Shown here: piece by piece, positions 19,676 to 21,991 of the stretch
How the letters are laid out: the number at the start of each line of letters is the position of its first letter
How positions within the stretch are numbered: the first letter of the stretch is position 1
Source: Verrucomicrobiota bacterium
Lineage (GTDB): Bacteria > Verrucomicrobiota > Verrucomicrobiia > Opitutales > Seribacteraceae
Reading direction: 5' to 3'
Assembly: GCA_027622665.1 (NCBI GenBank)
Contig: JAQBYT010000052.1
Span: 1-21,991, forward strand
Length of the DNA: 21,991 nt
Translations under genes and position numbers: made by a program
Notes under the pieces: generated by a model
Told to the model about the DNA's origin: nothing
The model's input: only the letters and a program-made list of their open reading frames with translations
The model's database searches: none

Positions 19676-19694
19676 CTAATAAATACTGTTAGCC
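19676..19694 (+). other. attI-like (or secondary) integron recombination site at the start of the cassette array
   Basis: CTAAT-aaatact-GTTAGCC. The core GTTAGCC (19688-19694) is the exact reverse complement of GGCTAAC (20211-20217) that ends cassette 1. No upstream attC stem is visible. Confidence 0.6.
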
Positions 19695-19701
19695 AATAAA
19701 A

Positions 19702-20205
19702 ATGAGCCTATTCAACGCAATGTTTCGTAACCTCGGAGCTCTCTTAATGATCGTCAGCCTTATCACCGGCTGCATAAGCACACCGCCAAGCTCAACAACG
19801 GATGTCCGTTCGTCACTTTTGACATCCGCCAGTAGAGATGATCCTGACTTTCCAGACGGCAAGAGCATGGTTTTGACGCATTTTTCGCACGTTGGACAGC
19901 TTGAGTCATCGAGAGGTGAGATTGTTTATGTCGCAGACCGCCGCGCGGTGATTTCAGGTATGATGGCACCACGCGGCCAGAACTACATCACGTTTTTTGA
20001 TAAGGATTTTCGATACCTTGGGAAGATTAGATATGTTTCTAGTCGACCGCTATGGTGCGATGCGAGCAGGTTATACCTGTTCGGCGCTCTCGACGGATCT
20101 TCAGCGGGTTTATCTGGCAATGTCATAGACATCGCGGGAGGGTATGATCACCTCGTGGCCTATCAGAGGCGAGCTTATGGAAGCTCGGGAGGTATTAATG
20201 ATTAA
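19702..20205 (+). CDS. Cassette 1: hypothetical lipoprotein
   Basis: Starts 7 nt after the core site and stops 5 nt before attC. Signal peptide with lipobox-like LITG-C. No recognised family. Confidence 0.75.
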   Translation: MSLFNAMFRNLGALLMIVSLITGCISTPPSSTTDVRSSLLTSASRDDPDFPDGKSMVLTHFSHVGQLESSRGEIVYVADRRAVISGMMAPRGQNYITFFDKDFRYLGKIRYVSSRPLWCDASRLYLFGALDGSSAGLSGNVIDIAGGYDHLVAYQRRAYGSSGGIND

Positions 20206-20210
20206 AAGAA

Positions 20211-20297
20211 GGCTAACAAGATGTGCGTGGCAACGCCGTCCCGCGCGCCAGATGAATTCGTGCTTCACTCCGGCGTGCCACCACTCTATCGTTAGCA
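20211..20297 (+). other. attC site 1
   Basis: R'' GGCTAAC, 5-nt spacer, then GTG-c-GTGGCA-a-CGCCG pairing with CGGCG-TGCCAC-CAC (two unpaired bases, G and T on the bottom strand), 6-nt spacer, R' GTTAGCA. Confidence 0.9.
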
Positions 20298-20338
20298 TTA
20301 CCTCGACTGCAGTCGTCAAATCTAAATAGGAGTATTAC

Positions 20339-21586
20339 TTGAAAAGGGTCATTTCAGTTGCATTGAATGATGTAGCAAAAAAACAAGTCAGATTCGAAGA
20401 TTTAGGAACCTTATATTCTTTTGCAAAAGAACAAAGTAAGTTCTGGAGTGAAGCATCAGAAAAGTATAAAAATCCTAAAAACCATTCATATATAAATAGT
20501 TCTAACTATTTTAATCAATTGATTAACTTAATAGATGGCTGGAAAGATAACCTTGAAACGTGGGACGACACACAATTAAATCAACAATTTCATAATAATA
20601 ACAACAGCAATATATTAAATAATCTTCAACAACAATGGCTTTGGAGTGGGCATCCGTTTGTAGGAGCTTTTTTAGAGTGCAACAAGTTATACAGTATTCA
20701 AGGGGCGACTTCATTTTTTACATTCATTGTAAATAAGCAAGTTAGTAATACAAATCAGAGAGAAGATTTTATTGGTACTCTTTTAGCTTATGAGTTTGAA
20801 TTACAAGACTCTGAATTAACCAAAAGAAGAAATAGTGAAAAAACTTCATTCAGCCATTTACGAAATCAATTAGATGAGACAACGCAAAAAATAATTGGTG
20901 AAACAGATGATCTTAAAGATAACTTTTCATCTTGGGATGAAACTACCAAAACCAATTGGTCGGAGTGGTTAGATAAAACATCTGTAGAGCATACAACCCA
21001 GAAAGACGCGCAAAAGAATGAACATGAAGAACAGCAAAAGAACCAAAAAGATGAATTCATTAGTTACATGGACGGTTGTAAGGCACGAATTTCTGATTTA
21101 GAAAATACATACCAAGAAAAATTGCGACTGGAAAAACCTGCAACATACTGGAAGAAATCAGCTAAAAAATATGGTGTGCAAGGTAGCCTTTGGTCTTTAG
21201 CGCTAATTTCTTCCATTTTATTAGGTTTGGTATATTTCTTCACTTTTTTTGATTCATGGTTACAAGGACAAGAATTGGCTATTAAACTAAATACTTTACA
21301 AGGTGCAGTAATATTTGGTTCCATTTTAGCTGTTTATTCTTTTTTAGTTAAAACGTTGTCCAAATTAACATTTAGCTCATTCCACTTAATGAGAGATTCA
21401 GAAGAAAGAGAGCAATTAACTTATTTATATTTGTCCTTGAATAACGAAGGCCAAATTGATGGTACATCAAGAGAATTAGTATTACAGGCATTGTTTAGCC
21501 GTTCAGAAACAGGGTTACTTAATGGTGAATCAGGACCTACAATGCCAGTTCAAGATTTGTTGAAAACAATACTTAAAACAAAGTAA
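20339..21586 (+). CDS. Cassette 2: AT-rich coiled-coil protein with two C-terminal TM helices (resembles DUF6161-type proteins)
   Basis: RBS AGGAG at 20328-20332 before TTG. Long charged helical region, then two hydrophobic segments. The motifs YQEKLRLEKPATYW and HLMRDSEEREQLTYLYLSL recall DUF6161 from memory, unverified. Clearly more AT-rich than flanking genes. Confidence 0.8.
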   Translation: MKRVISVALNDVAKKQVRFEDLGTLYSFAKEQSKFWSEASEKYKNPKNHSYINSSNYFNQLINLIDGWKDNLETWDDTQLNQQFHNNNNSNILNNLQQQWLWSGHPFVGAFLECNKLYSIQGATSFFTFIVNKQVSNTNQREDFIGTLLAYEFELQDSELTKRRNSEKTSFSHLRNQLDETTQKIIGETDDLKDNFSSWDETTKTNWSEWLDKTSVEHTTQKDAQKNEHEEQQKNQKDEFISYMDGCKARISDLENTYQEKLRLEKPATYWKKSAKKYGVQGSLWSLALISSILLGLVYFFTFFDSWLQGQELAIKLNTLQGAVIFGSILAVYSFLVKTLSKLTFSSFHLMRDSEEREQLTYLYLSLNNEGQIDGTSRELVLQALFSRSETGLLNGESGPTMPVQDLLKTILKTK

Positions 21587-21597
21587 GAAGCACGTAA

Positions 21598-21696
21598 TGC
21601 TAACAAGGCGTTCAAACGGACAAATAACAGCTGGCTGTTGTTCGTGCCTCACACATTTTAGCCAGCTATCATTTGCCGCTTAACGTGGCGTTCTCC
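21598..21696 (+). other. attC site 2
   Basis: R'' TGCTAAC, 5-nt spacer, then GTT-c-AAACGG-a-CAAAT..AGCTGGCT pairing with AGCCAGCT..ATTTG-CCGCTT-AAC, then R' GTTCTCC. GTAATGCTAAC (21594-21604) is the 11-bp reverse complement of GTTAGCATTAC (20291-20301). Confidence 0.9.
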
Positions 21697-21715
21697 GGAG
21701 GCAGAAAAGGGGTCA

Positions 21716-21991
21716 TTACATAATGTTTTGAATAAATTCATAATAAGCAATATCCTTCCTCTGCTTCTGTTGTTGTTTAAAACGGCTCGTGAGTATCGCA
21801 ACCGACTGAGGCGCTCCCATATTAAGTTTTGACGCGATCCACACGTTTGTGGCGGCAGTGTGGCGATTGAGCACATCGGCGACCCACACATCCCTGCGCG
21901 CACCGGATTCAAATGCACGTAATGCTACAGCGCACCCAGGTAACCATCTCCTTCAACGATCAAACTCTTGAAGCGCCCCTGAAACAACTTG
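21716..21991 (-). pseudogene. Degraded REP-associated tyrosine (Y1/HUH, RAYT/IS200-like) transposase fragment
   Basis: Minus strand reads KLFQGRFKSLIVEGDGYLGAL*HYVHLNPVRAG, with TAG at 21925-21927. It continues in another frame as VADVLNRHTAATNVWIASKLNMGAPQSVA...IM*, an HTH-like tail with TAA at 21716-21718. Runs off the window end. Confidence 0.8.

Larger units (their letters stand above)
19689..21690 (+). mobile_element. Integron gene-cassette array (two complete cassettes: 19689-20291 and 20292-21690); no intI in the window
   Basis: Single ORFs each followed by an attC. Each cassette's leading core is complementary to its own trailing inverse core. Confidence 0.88.

Noticed and set aside
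20304..20315. 12-bp palindrome CGACTGCAGTCG in the cassette 2 leader
   Set aside because: Single short occurrence, plausible by chance. No function supportable.
20144..20329. Short ORFs 20144-20329 (+) and 20110-20319 (-)
   Set aside because: They simply run across attC1 and show no coding features.
21658..21918. 86-aa minus-strand ORF as an intact gene
   Set aside because: It is a chimera of a transposase fragment, out-of-frame sequence and attC2.
1..21991. CRISPR array, tRNA/rRNA genes and the many antisense or nested ORFs
   Set aside because: No regularly spaced repeats or RNA-gene signatures seen. The shadow ORFs lie within well-supported genes and lack recognisable motifs.

Overview
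A bacterial chromosomal window. Gene style suggests Verrucomicrobiota (Opitutales-like), which is an inference. Bases 1-19635 are mostly housekeeping: the 3' part of a large repeat-rich surface protein, a small outer-membrane beta-barrel, a DUF374-type acyltransferase, an ABC-2 exporter pair, dapL, two SDRs, a CNT nucleoside transporter, a Lon-N-domain protein, gpsA, panB, an aldo/keto reductase, two Bcp peroxiredoxins, a YhbY-like protein, queH and cysE. Two things are not explained by the ORF track. (1) Directly after cysE is an integron gene-cassette array with no integrase in view. It has an attI-like entry site (GTTAGCC at 19688), a lipoprotein cassette, an attC (20211-20297), an AT-rich coiled-coil/2-TM cassette and a second, unrelated attC (21598-21696). 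A degraded REP-associated (Y1/HUH) transposase follows. (2) An orphan, divergent flagellin-like gene (17344-16094, minus strand) is split by one in-frame TGA. It still keeps a sigma28-type promoter and two GGA-loop (CsrA-type) hairpins in its leader.
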